A stretch of 64,000 nucleotides of DNA from the NCBI GenBank assembly GCA_947259885.1, contig CAMYNW010000021.1, forward strand, positions 8,836 through 72,835, given 5' to 3'. Shown in pieces: positions 35,801-45,853 of this stretch (the first letter of the stretch is position 1; each line of letters begins with the position of its first letter). The notes under the pieces are model-generated. The model made no database searches. It was not told the DNA's origin and worked only from the letters and a program-made list of their open reading frames with translations. A program made the translations under genes and the position numbers. The DNA comes from an uncultured Gammaproteobacteria bacterium. Its GTDB lineage: Bacteria > Pseudomonadota > Gammaproteobacteria > Arenicellales > Poriferihabitantaceae.

Positions 35801-36976
35801 ATGTATGAAGATTTAAGCACAGCAACATTTTCAGGTTACAGGCGCGAAAACGGCCGCGTCGGTGTTCGCAACCATGTCATTATCCTGCCCGTTGACGACC
35901 TTTCAAACGCGGCCTGCGAAGCAGTTGCCAATAACATTAGTGGGGTTATGGCATTGCCTCACCCTTATGGAAGGCTGCAGTTTGGAGAAGATCTCGAATT
36001 GCACTTTCGTACCCTGATCGGTACCGGGGCCAATCCTAATGTCGCCGCAGTTGTTGTTATTGGCATCGAAAATGGCTGGACACAACGCATCGTTGAGGGC
36101 ATCGCCGCAACCGGTAAACCCGTGACCGGGTTTGGCATAGAACAGCACGGAGATCATGAAACCATTATGGAGGCTTCCAAAGTAGCAAAGGAATACGTTC
36201 AGTGGGCATCTGAACGGGTTCGCGAAGAAGCACCACTCAGTGAGCTTTGGATTTCTACTAAATGTGGCGAGTCCGATACCACTTCAGGTTGTGGTTCAAA
36301 CCCGACGGTTGGCAACGCTTTCGACAAGATGTATCCACACGGTGCTACATTACTTTTCGGGGAAACTTCAGAGGTTACAGGTGGAGAGCATCTGGTGGCT
36401 GCACGGTGCAGAAACGATGAAGTTCGAGAGCGTTTCATGTTTATGTTCAATCGTTACCAGGACATGATAAATCGTCATAAGACCTCCGACCTTTCTGATT
36501 CGCAGCCAACCAAAGGAAACATTGAAGGTGGTTTATCAACCATCGAAGAAAAAGCCCTCGGCAATGTTCAGAAGATTGGTAAAGAATGCCTCGTGGACGG
36601 CGTGCTTGATAAAGCCGAAGCGCCAACCGGTCCGGGTCTGTGGTTTATGGATTCATCTTCAGCCGCAGCTGAAATGGTAACCCTGGCGGCAGCGGCGGGA
36701 TATGTCGCACATTTTTTCCCTACCGGGCAGGGCAATATTATCGGTAACCCGATCATTCCGGTCATCAAGATATGCGCGAATCCGCGTACCCTCCGTACCA
36801 TGGGCGAGCACGTCGATGTCGATGTTTCGGGTCTGCTGCGCAAAGAAATGTCCCCGAGTGACGCTGGCGACAAGCTGCTTGAGTCGATGTTTCGGACGGT
36901 TAACGGACGGCTGACCGCGGCCGAGGCTCTGGGACACCGGGAGTTTGTGCTTACTCGTTTGTATGAAAGCGCGTAA
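35801..36976 (+). CDS. UxaA-family large subunit; candidate sulfolactate sulfo-lyase subunit B
   Basis: 391 aa. [20 protein letters not shown], Cys-rich [15 protein letters not shown], and [17 protein letters not shown] are typical of the altronate/galactarate dehydratase C-terminal domain. Confidence 0.75.
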   Translation: MYEDLSTATFSGYRRENGRVGVRNHVIILPVDDLSNAACEAVANNISGVMALPHPYGRLQFGEDLELHFRTLIGTGANPNVAAVVVIGIENGWTQRIVEGIAATGKPVTGFGIEQHGDHETIMEASKVAKEYVQWASERVREEAPLSELWISTKCGESDTTSGCGSNPTVGNAFDKMYPHGATLLFGETSEVTGGEHLVAARCRNDEVRERFMFMFNRYQDMINRHKTSDLSDSQPTKGNIEGGLSTIEEKALGNVQKIGKECLVDGVLDKAEAPTGPGLWFMDSSSAAAEMVTLAAAAGYVAHFFPTGQGNIIGNPIIPVIKICANPRTLRTMGEHVDVDVSGLLRKEMSPSDAGDKLLESMFRTVNGRLTAAEALGHREFVLTRLYESA

Positions 36977-37066
36977 AGCTGCAATCATTTAACACGAAAT
37001 TGTTGGGTCAGTGAAAACTGGCCCTGTCAATCATAAGCATTATCAACGACTGGGTGAATTTATTAA

Positions 37067-38380
<1,314 letters not shown>

Positions 38381-38506
38381 CCGATATCTGTTGTCGCTAT
38401 ATCGAAAATAATGACTGTTTGTCGGCGCCGGTGTGGCTATAAATTAACCTCAGGTGCAAGCACTCGCGAGTCGGATTCCAGCTCCATTGAATTTCACTGT
38501 TAAGGT

Positions 38507-38917
38507 CAGAAAATATACAAATTGCTACTTTTTCCGCTAGCGCTGGACCAGGGTCATGGCCACAGGTCTATGGAAATTGCCAGACGGCTCAGAGCGTAAG
38601 GCGGCAAGATCATTGCCGTACATGTAATCGATCAGGTTCCCAGTTTCGCGAATTATTACCTGTCGTCCGAAAATGAAAAGAAAATCCATGAATCAGCCAA
38701 AAAGGCTATTGAGGAACGAATTGGTGCGGAGAAGGATGCTGAAGTGGTAGTGCTCACCGGGCACCCGGGACGGACGATTACCGATTATGCGGAAAAAATT
38801 GGTGCAGACTGCATTATTGCTGGATCTCATAAACCGGAAATGAAGGATTTTTTACTCGAATGAACCGCGGCGCGCATTGTGCGTCACGCACCCTGCTCGG
38901 TAAACGTCATACACTAA
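38507..38917 (+). pseudogene. Universal stress protein (UspA family) pseudogene
   Basis: My translation: KIYKLLLFPLALDQGHGHRSMEIARRLRA-TAA(38597)-GGKIIAVHVIDQVP...VVVLTGHPGRTITDYAEKIGADCIIAGSHKPEMKDFLLE-TGA(38861)-TAARIVRHAPCSVNVIH-stop. The Usp fold pattern is intact, but there is no start codon and there are two in-frame stops. Confidence 0.65.
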
Positions 38918-38951
38918 GAACGGCACTCTGTTCGATCTGGTTGCATATTGA

Positions 38952-38972
38952 GAATAGGGAATAGGGAATAGG
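38952..38972 (+). repeat. (GAATAGG)x3 tandem heptamer
   Basis: Read directly. It lies in the junk DNA between the Usp pseudogene and the IS relic. Confidence 0.8.
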
Positions 38973-39055
38973 GGACTGAGAATCCCTCCGTGTTGGCACA
39001 GCGCGGCTACCGGCCCAATTGTGTCGTAGTCACCACAGCAATCCCTTTGGAACAC

Positions 39056-39250
39056 GTTCTTGGTATTGCCCTGCAGCCATTGTTTGCCCGATTCCAGGAA
39101 CTCTCTGCTCCAGCGGTAATAGACGTTTTGATTCAGGCCTTTTCGGTGGCACAATTCAGCCGCTATTTCCTCGCCGCGAAATTCTTCCAAAACAATACTG
39201 ATCTTACCTTCCGCTGAATGCTTTCGACGGGATTTACGATGGATGGCTTT
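39056..39250 (-). mobile_element. Relic of an IS3-family transposase orfA (HTH part only)
   Basis: The minus-strand translation KSRRKHSAEGKISIVLEEFRGEEIAAELCHRKGLNQNVYYRWSREFLESGKQWLQGNTKN fits the IS3-type OrfA N-terminus (..RR.YS.E.K..IVLE.LRGE..IAELCRREGI....YY.WSKEFLEAGK..L.GDT). There is no start codon (upstream TAA), no orfB, and I saw no inverted repeats. Confidence 0.55.
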
Positions 39251-39426
39251 GACGAATTACGCAGAACTGGAATCGCGCGTATTAAGACTCCGATGGATAA
39301 TAATAAATTAACAAATGTCTCTCGCAATATTTAACGCACTTTGGCCTCAACCGTTCTGACGGGATACACTTAGAGTACCTATATATTTGTGTGATCAGCG
39401 TACAAAGCATCCAATTACCCTTACAG

Positions 39427-40743
39427 ATGTTGAAAAGTTCTTTGATCCTTCTTCAGTGTTTACTAATTTTGCTTGCTTGTTTAGGTGCGCACTCACACGC
39501 GCAGCAAGTGTCGACTGTGGAGGATGAGAGTGCTCCGATCGATGTTGAAACCCGGGAGCTGAGTGCCGAAGAAGATCCACTGTTGAGCTCAAAGATTCAG
39601 CGTGATGCCTCGCTTGAAGAAGGGGAAGGGGAAGGGGAAGGGGAAGGGGAAGGGGAAGGGGAAGGGGAAGGGGAAGGGGAAGGGGAAGATCCAGCGCCCG
39701 CCTTCGGTTTCGATTTATACGGCAGCTTCCGTGTCCGCTATCGTGAGCAGGGTAGCGATGCGGCATGGGAAGACGGCGGTTCGCGGTTAGGCATCGAAAT
39801 CGAGAATCGATTCTCAGAAAAATCTTTTCTGTTTGCTCGCTATGAAAGTGGTTTAAACGTACTGGATGCACTAGACCGGGATAAAAGTGCGGAGGAATTC
39901 AAAGATACCATTTTTACCCGGCTTGGCTATGTCGGTCTGGAAACCCCATCCATTAATATCATCGCAGGTAAGAACTGGTCCACATATTATGAGGTGGGGG
40001 CATTCACCGATCGTTTTATGGGTGCCGGAGGGGATGCAAGCGGGGTCTTCAATGCCGAAACCGATGGTGGACCAACCGGTACGGGCCGTGCGGATAGCGC
40101 CCTTCAAACAAAACTATCACTAGATTTTCTGTCGCACAGAGTGTTCAAGCCGTTTAATCTGAATGTTCAGATGCAGCATGGTAACGCTATCCCGTTTGGC
40201 GGTGATTCGCATTACGGTACCGCAATCGGAATCAGCTCGGTTATGACCACTGAAAGCAACTTCACTCTTGGCGTTGCCTATAACCATGCAGAAGTCGATC
40301 TCGACGATGATTCTTCGCTGCGGGACGTTGGCTTATCGGGTGATGCCCGTTCGCTTCTTATTGGTACGCGGGCATTTGGTGAGCGCTGGTATGCAGGCAT
40401 AGTGCTGGCCAAAATGGAAAATCACGAGACGACAGATGAGGGCGTCTACTTCGATGGCTTGGGCAGCGAATTCTATGGGCAGTATCAGTTGTCTGACCGG
40501 GTTTGGTTTGTTGGGGGATACAATATATTGGAGCCTGATTCCCGCCAGGCCCAGGCCGGAGACTACAGAATCAGATATCTAATGACAGGCTTTAGGTATT
40601 CCTTTGACGATTTCAGGCGCATGATTTTCGCAAATGTTCGTATCAACGACAGCCTTGATGCCGATGGTACCCAGGCCGCAAACATCTACACGATAGGAAT
40701 AAGGTGGGACCTGACATCGAAAGGATGGCACCCGTCAAATTAA
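39427..40743 (+). CDS. Outer-membrane porin (general/anion porin-like beta-barrel) with an N-terminal (Glu-Gly)n tract
   Basis: Signal peptide MLKSSLILLQCLLILLACLGAHSHA-QQ (I prefer the ATG at 39427 to the GTG at 39391). Alternating beta-strand pattern: FGFDLYGSFRVRYRE, GSRLGIEIENRF, LFARYESG, FTRLGYVGLE, and C-terminal YTIGIRWDL. Confidence 0.75.
   Translation: MLKSSLILLQCLLILLACLGAHSHAQQVSTVEDESAPIDVETRELSAEEDPLLSSKIQRDASLEEGEGEGEGEGEGEGEGEGEGEGEDPAPAFGFDLYGSFRVRYREQGSDAAWEDGGSRLGIEIENRFSEKSFLFARYESGLNVLDALDRDKSAEEFKDTIFTRLGYVGLETPSINIIAGKNWSTYYEVGAFTDRFMGAGGDASGVFNAETDGGPTGTGRADSALQTKLSLDFLSHRVFKPFNLNVQMQHGNAIPFGGDSHYGTAIGISSVMTTESNFTLGVAYNHAEVDLDDDSSLRDVGLSGDARSLLIGTRAFGERWYAGIVLAKMENHETTDEGVYFDGLGSEFYGQYQLSDRVWFVGGYNILEPDSRQAQAGDYRIRYLMTGFRYSFDDFRRMIFANVRINDSLDADGTQAANIYTIGIRWDLTSKGWHPSN
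39619..39684 (+). repeat. Perfect hexanucleotide microsatellite (GAAGGG)x11 inside the porin gene
   Basis: Counted directly: 11 uninterrupted units plus a partial GAAG. It encodes (EG)11, in frame. Confidence 0.95.
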
Positions 40744-41545
40744 CGAATTCGGCGACTTGTTGTTCTTTCGATTTTTTATTTGTGGGACCGGGGTATCAAG
40801 GACACAGAGAACCTGTATAAGTGATGTATTCCTGTCGTATGCCGTTGGCAAAATTGGATATTAGAGGAATGTGTTTATATGAAACTAATCAATCGAACCT
40901 GTGCAGTCGGTCTAATCCCAGGCCTGTAGAATATAGAGTCGGTATTAACCCTTGCGTTTGTAAGTAGATCTGACCGCTTTTTATCTTGGAATAGTGTTTA
41001 AAAATCTTCACTCATCCATTAACTTTTAGTTTACAAGACCTGATTCCATGCCTTATCAATTCTGCGAGAGCTTGTTGAGTTGTTTTAAAGCATTGAAAGC
41101 ACTAGACGAAGGATAGCGTCAGAGAGAAATCGAGACAGTTATTGATGGGTCAATCGATGCCTATGAATGATGTTTTGTGATCTTTTAATATCATCGTAAC
41201 GACCGGATCAGCATCCGTTACACCTGCTGTTTTAGTTGTCTGGAGCCTAAATTAAGTAGTACCGCTGAAACAGACCACCAGATCGACTTCTCGCGGTTTT
41301 AACCAGGCTTCTAGCCTAAAAAGCAAACCTTTATCAGATACAACCGACCGCTTATCTAAAATATTTGACAACGATATTCTGAGTAGATGTAATACTTTTA
41401 CATAGTGCTTGTCTAAGCCATTGTTTGGACTACGCTGCTCCCATGTTTTACCCATCATCGGTGCGATGTCATTATTCAGAGTAACGTCAGGTTGCGAATA
41501 ATGTGATTAAACAGTGGCTTCACTGAATCATACTTGAGAAGTCGC

Positions 41546-42445
41546 ATGACTGATAAGAATTCGATCAAGGGCCGTCGCAGGTTACTGCTATCAATTGCCG
41601 CTGGCAGTGGCGCTGTGATGACAAGTAAAATGCTGCCTGAAATTTGGGCTGAGCCAGTTGTCAACGCCGTGATACTTCCCGTCCATGCACAGGTAAGTCC
41701 GGGCCCTATATCCAGCTGCGGTCGCACGTTCAGTTATACCGATCCCACCGCTAATCCAATCTCAGTGCAAGTGCCGGCCTGTGCGTCTTCTGCATCGCTG
41801 GCGCTGATTGGTGGCGCTGCAGGCGGCGGCGGCGGTGGTGGTGGCGGTGAGACAGGCGGCGCTCTTGACACCGGTGGTAATGGGGGCCAGGGCGCGGCAG
41901 GCGCAATTAACAATACCGTTGTCACGGTCAATCCAGGAGAAATGTTGTCCGTTTATGTAGGCGGCGGCGGTGGCGGTGGAGTAGGCGGTCAAGGTTGCTT
42001 CAGTGGCGGGTGTCCCGGCACAGGAGGGCCCGGGGGCGCCGGAGGAAATGGAAATCCAACTGGCCCCAGTGGAAGTCCAGGCGTGACTGATGCCTCCCCT
42101 GGGGCCGGCGCGGGTGGTTCATCAGCGGGCGGCGGTGGCGGTGGGGGTGCAGGAGGGACATCCAGTGTTTCCGGTTCGTTTGGCGCACAGGCTGCTGCCG
42201 GTGGCGCTGGCGGTGGTGGTGGCGGTGCAAAGGATGGGTCCGATCCGGTCACGGCCGGTGACGGGCAAGATGGCATCGCAGGCGGAGCGGGAGGTGATGG
42301 TGGCAATGACGGGGACGGGGGTGCTGGCGGAGCCGGTGATCAATCCACCGGGGGCGGTGGCGCCGGCGGTACTGGAGGGACCGCTACGGATGGAGCAACA
42401 GGCATTTCTGGAAACAATGGAAGCGTGCAGATTACCTTTAGCTAA
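41546..42445 (+). CDS. Secreted glycine-rich protein (poly-Gly tracts; resembles the bacterial 'glycine-rich domain' proteins) with a Tat-like leader
   Basis: I prefer the ATG at 41546 (MTDKNSIKGRRRLLLSIAAGSGAV...LPVHAQ). The mature part reads FSYTDP..ISVQVPACASSASLALIGGAAGGGGGGGGG...VTVNPGEMLSVYVGGGGGGG, followed by Gly/Ala/Asp low complexity. Antisense ORFs here are shadows. Confidence 0.75.
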   Translation: MTDKNSIKGRRRLLLSIAAGSGAVMTSKMLPEIWAEPVVNAVILPVHAQVSPGPISSCGRTFSYTDPTANPISVQVPACASSASLALIGGAAGGGGGGGGGETGGALDTGGNGGQGAAGAINNTVVTVNPGEMLSVYVGGGGGGGVGGQGCFSGGCPGTGGPGGAGGNGNPTGPSGSPGVTDASPGAGAGGSSAGGGGGGGAGGTSSVSGSFGAQAAAGGAGGGGGGAKDGSDPVTAGDGQDGIAGGAGGDGGNDGDGGAGGAGDQSTGGGGAGGTGGTATDGATGISGNNGSVQITFS

Positions 42446-42613
42446 AGACTGATAGGTTTAGGTAGGATAAGCCTGTGTTCTTCTATCGATTCCTTCAGTA
42501 AGTTCTGCTATCTGCCAAAACTGTAATTGATCGGATGTTTGAAATTAATGTTTACAGCCAGAACTACTGACTCTTAATTCAACGAGCTTTCAACAGATTT
42601 CGGGAACTACATT

Positions 42614-43216
42614 TTAGATCGTAGCTGGGAAGGTTAAGACAAAGGTCAAATTATTCATGGCACCTGCGTCGCAATCAACCACGCCTTGATTTGTCGCGGT
42701 TACCGGCACATTGAGACCGGGCCCAGCGGCACTGATATCTGCTTGGGTGATTGTATAAATCTCAGTGGCGGTGTCCTGCTGTTGCGGAAGGGGCGTTCCC
42801 GTGTTGCCGACTAAGGGTGTAAGAATTGGGCCACCGTTAAAGGCGATCTGCCAGGCTTCCATATTCGGCCCTTCATTACCAGTAAGATCGCCGTTAGCCG
42901 TCACCGTTAGTGTGCCATCGCCAGTTGGCGTAAATCCGCCGGTGGCCCAGTCGAACAGGAAAGGTGCGGGGTCAGGAACCGGGAGGCCAGTGTTTAGCAC
43001 TGCACAAAGCTCACCCGACGACAAGGTCTGGGAAAAAGTCGTACGTGTGGGCCCGGTGCGCGCGCTGGTCTGAGCGTGAGCAGGAAGTAGCACACTATCA
43101 ATCGCGGGTTTAATCCAACTTTCTGGCATTACTTTGCCGGTCGCGACTGCGCCACCACTCACTACAATGGATCTTAATAACTTACGGCGACTTTCTATAT
43201 GACTTTTATCAAACAT
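42614..43216 (-). CDS. Secreted protein of unknown function sharing the same ~50-aa Tat-like leader
   Basis: 200 aa: MFDKSHIESRRKLLRSIVVSGGAVATGKVMPESWIKPAIDSVLLPAHAQ, then a Thr/Gly/Pro/Asn-rich, probably beta-rich domain. Convergent with the glycine-rich gene. Confidence 0.7.
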   Translation of the reverse strand: MFDKSHIESRRKLLRSIVVSGGAVATGKVMPESWIKPAIDSVLLPAHAQTSARTGPTRTTFSQTLSSGELCAVLNTGLPVPDPAPFLFDWATGGFTPTGDGTLTVTANGDLTGNEGPNMEAWQIAFNGGPILTPLVGNTGTPLPQQQDTATEIYTITQADISAAGPGLNVPVTATNQGVVDCDAGAMNNLTFVLTFPATI

Positions 43217-43573
43217 TAGCTTCTCTCATATCGATTGAGTGAGGATTATAAATGCTCACACGGTTACATCATATAGTGGAGTAGACACGTTATTCTAATT
43301 TGGTGGTTGTTGTATTCAATGAATCCCACCTATTGAGCATGCCTAGCTGGAATGCATTTTTGTTAAGCATTACACAGTACTCGAAAGAAACTTTCAAATA
43401 TATTGGATCAGCGACCTATTTTCTCCGACGAACGCATGATTTTCTTATTGAGTGTGCCCTTATACCGGAGATGAATAGGCGACAATCTATTTATCAGCTA
43501 CACACCAAAAATGGATTGAATTGCGAATTAGACAGCCGTAAATTTTGATAAATCACTGTTCGTTACGCATTCA

Positions 43574-44701
43574 TTATTCCAAATACTTTCTAAACTTAAT
43601 TACGCTGAGGGTTATGAACCCTATGGCAAATCCTGTTAACGCCAGGTAATCATGATAATGATCGATAATTCCATTACCCTTAAGTAAAAGTCCCCGGATC
43701 ACTTCCACGAAGTAGGTGAACGGTAGAGCGTAGGCAACAGGTTGAAGATAACCGGGCATCGCTTCCACCGGAAAGATAAATCCTGAGAGAAGGATGGAGG
43801 GGATTAAGAAAAAGATAGAAAGAAAGATCGCCTGCTGTTGAGTCTGGCTAACGGTTGAAATAGCAACCCCGAGTCCAATCAATCCGCTGACGTAAACTAC
43901 TGCAAGTAAAAACAACGGCCACTGTGCTGCGTGGGGCAGGGGAAGATCAAAAAATGTTGCGCTAAGCACCAGCACGATATAGAAATCGGCAAATGCGATC
44001 AACACATATGGAAGCAATTTGCCACAGATGATCTTGAAACCGCTGACCGGGCTGACGATCAATTGTTCGAGGGTATGATTTTCTTTTTCCCGCACTACAG
44101 CGGTACCCGTAAGGATCAGCGCGACCTGCATGATCAGCACGCCGATGACGCCGGGCAGAAAAAACCAGGTTTCCTTTTTGTCCGGATTGAACAAAACTTC
44201 CACATCAAGGAAAAACGGATCATTTGCGACAACAACAGGGTCGGCATCTGGATCCAGGAAGTACATGTCATTGGTCACCGCATCGTCGGTGATGGCGTAT
44301 TTATTGTTGTCCATGGCAGTCGCAAGAGAAGGCATGGTGCCATCGACATACATTTTTACGGTGGGCTGATTGTTCTCAGTAAGTTCGAAACTGAAATTAC
44401 CGGGAATGTACAACCCAGCACGGGCTTTCCCTTTCTGGATCGCGTTCTTGATGGCGGCTTCGTTCTCTACCTCGTAAAGCTGAAAATAACCTTCGGCCCA
44501 GATGTTTGTTTTGATCAGATTGCTGAATATTGACCGATCTTCGTCGACATAAGCCATTTGCACATTTTCAGGCTCGAGCTTAAGGGCCAGGCCGAACAGA
44601 ATCATCAAGACAATCGGGAAGAAGAGAATAAAACCGATCAAACGCGGATCGCGCTTAAGCTGCAGTAACTCCTTGTTCATGATGGCTAGAACTGATTTCA
44701 T
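43574..44701 (-). CDS. ABC-2 type transporter permease
   Basis: 375 aa: one N-terminal TM, a large extracytoplasmic loop, then about 5 C-terminal TMs. This is the typical ABC-2/YhhJ-like layout. 4-nt overlap with the upstream ATPase gene. Confidence 0.85.
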   Translation of the reverse strand: MKSVLAIMNKELLQLKRDPRLIGFILFFPIVLMILFGLALKLEPENVQMAYVDEDRSIFSNLIKTNIWAEGYFQLYEVENEAAIKNAIQKGKARAGLYIPGNFSFELTENNQPTVKMYVDGTMPSLATAMDNNKYAITDDAVTNDMYFLDPDADPVVVANDPFFLDVEVLFNPDKKETWFFLPGVIGVLIMQVALILTGTAVVREKENHTLEQLIVSPVSGFKIICGKLLPYVLIAFADFYIVLVLSATFFDLPLPHAAQWPLFLLAVVYVSGLIGLGVAISTVSQTQQQAIFLSIFFLIPSILLSGFIFPVEAMPGYLQPVAYALPFTYFVEVIRGLLLKGNGIIDHYHDYLALTGFAIGFITLSVIKFRKYLE

Positions 44702-45612
44702 TTTTTGTTTTTTGTAAGCGTGATGAACACATCTTCCAGGGTCGCACTAACTGCGGCTGGCTCGCTTGCCACCTGGGGCCAGTTATTTAGGAATTCCTGC
44801 AGTTTACCCAGATCAAATTCGCTATCCCCAATCACACGCACGCTGTTGCCGAATCGATTTACCATCAATACCCGATCCAGCTGTTGTAATGCCGCCATCA
44901 TTTTTGGATCGTGTCCGCTGTCAAAAGCATATACGTGTTTATCCTCCAGATGCTCTCGAATCTGCGCAGGGCTGCCAAAGGCAACCTGTCGTCCTGAACT
45001 TAAGAAACTAAGCGTGTGGCAGCGTTCCGCTTCTTCCATATAGTGGGTGGTGACAAACAGGGTTTTACCTTCGGTAGCAAGATCGTAAAACAGATCCCAT
45101 AGCTCTTTACGGGTTACTGGATCGATTCCGGCGGTTGGCTCGTCGAGGAATATGAGATCGGGGTCATGACTGATCGCGCACGCAATCGACAACCTACGCT
45201 TGTACCCTCCTGAAAGCTGCCCGGCGTAGCGCGCTGAGAATTGTCGTAAATCATATATATCGAGCAACTTCTCCTGTCGCCCCGTATCGAAATTGTCGTA
45301 CATGCTGCTGTAAAAGCTCAAATTTTCTTTGACCGTCAGTTCGGGATACAGCGCGAAATGTTGCGCGACGTAACCGATGCGTGATTTTATCTGCTTGAGT
45401 CCAGTGGACAGATCGAAACCAAGCATGCTCGCAGAGCCGGAAGTAGGGCGCAGAATGCCCGACAGCATTCTAATGGTTGTGGTCTTACCGGCTGCATTGG
45501 GCCCAAGTAGGCCGAATATCTCACCAGGGCCTAATTCGAGGTCGAAACCGTCGACTGCGGTGAAATTCCCGAATGTTTTGGTCAACTGAGATACGCACAG
45601 TGATGACGTCAT
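44698..45612 (-). CDS. ABC transporter ATP-binding protein (ABC-2 / DrrA-like exporter subunit)
   Basis: Walker A GPNAAGKTT, signature LSGGYKRRLSIA, Walker B LIFLDEPTAGIDP. Confidence 0.9.
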   Translation of the reverse strand: MTSSLCVSQLTKTFGNFTAVDGFDLELGPGEIFGLLGPNAAGKTTTIRMLSGILRPTSGSASMLGFDLSTGLKQIKSRIGYVAQHFALYPELTVKENLSFYSSMYDNFDTGRQEKLLDIYDLRQFSARYAGQLSGGYKRRLSIACAISHDPDLIFLDEPTAGIDPVTRKELWDLFYDLATEGKTLFVTTHYMEEAERCHTLSFLSSGRQVAFGSPAQIREHLEDKHVYAFDSGHDPKMMAALQQLDRVLMVNRFGNSVRVIGDSEFDLGKLQEFLNNWPQVASEPAAVSATLEDVFITLTKNKK

Positions 45613-45853
45613 TTTCTGATCACAATCTACTATTTAGGGTGGTATAAAGCTTCACTTCAGAAACGCCGGTGGTTGAAGTGAGGATAGAAATCATTCTCGG
45701 TCGAGACTTAAACCTAGTTGTACATCAAATAGGTGACGGTGAGTTGAAAAAGTAAACTGTCCGTTACCTTTAATTACCTTTAACGCTAATCGGGCACCTT
45801 CTCGGTGTAAAATAGCGGGGACAATATTCAAACTCAATTGATAGAATCTGAAG

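Noticed and set aside
38852-39190. 112-aa minus-strand track ORF
   Set aside because: Only its first ~45 residues, plus ~20 upstream codons lacking a start, resemble IS3 orfA. The remainder runs antisense through junk and the Usp pseudogene tail. I report it as an IS relic, not a CDS.
39395-39871. 158-aa antisense ORF with a (PL)n tract, and the 62-aa (KG)n ORF at 39602..39790
   Set aside because: These are shadows of the (GAAGGG)11 repeat inside the porin gene.
41252-41727. Small minus-strand ORFs (68 and 83 aa) in the AT-rich spacer before the glycine-rich gene, and the 82-aa ORF at 43300..43548
   Set aside because: They have no SD and no motifs, and one overlaps the better-supported leader of the glycine-rich gene. 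The region may hold promoter or remnant DNA.
41734-42452. Several Pro/Ala/Arg-rich ORFs on both strands over the glycine-rich gene
   Set aside because: These are frame shadows of GGN-rich coding sequence.
43931-44533. 200-aa plus-strand ORF inside the ABC-2 permease gene
   Set aside because: It is antisense to a gene with a clear TM architecture and 4-nt coupling to its ATPase.
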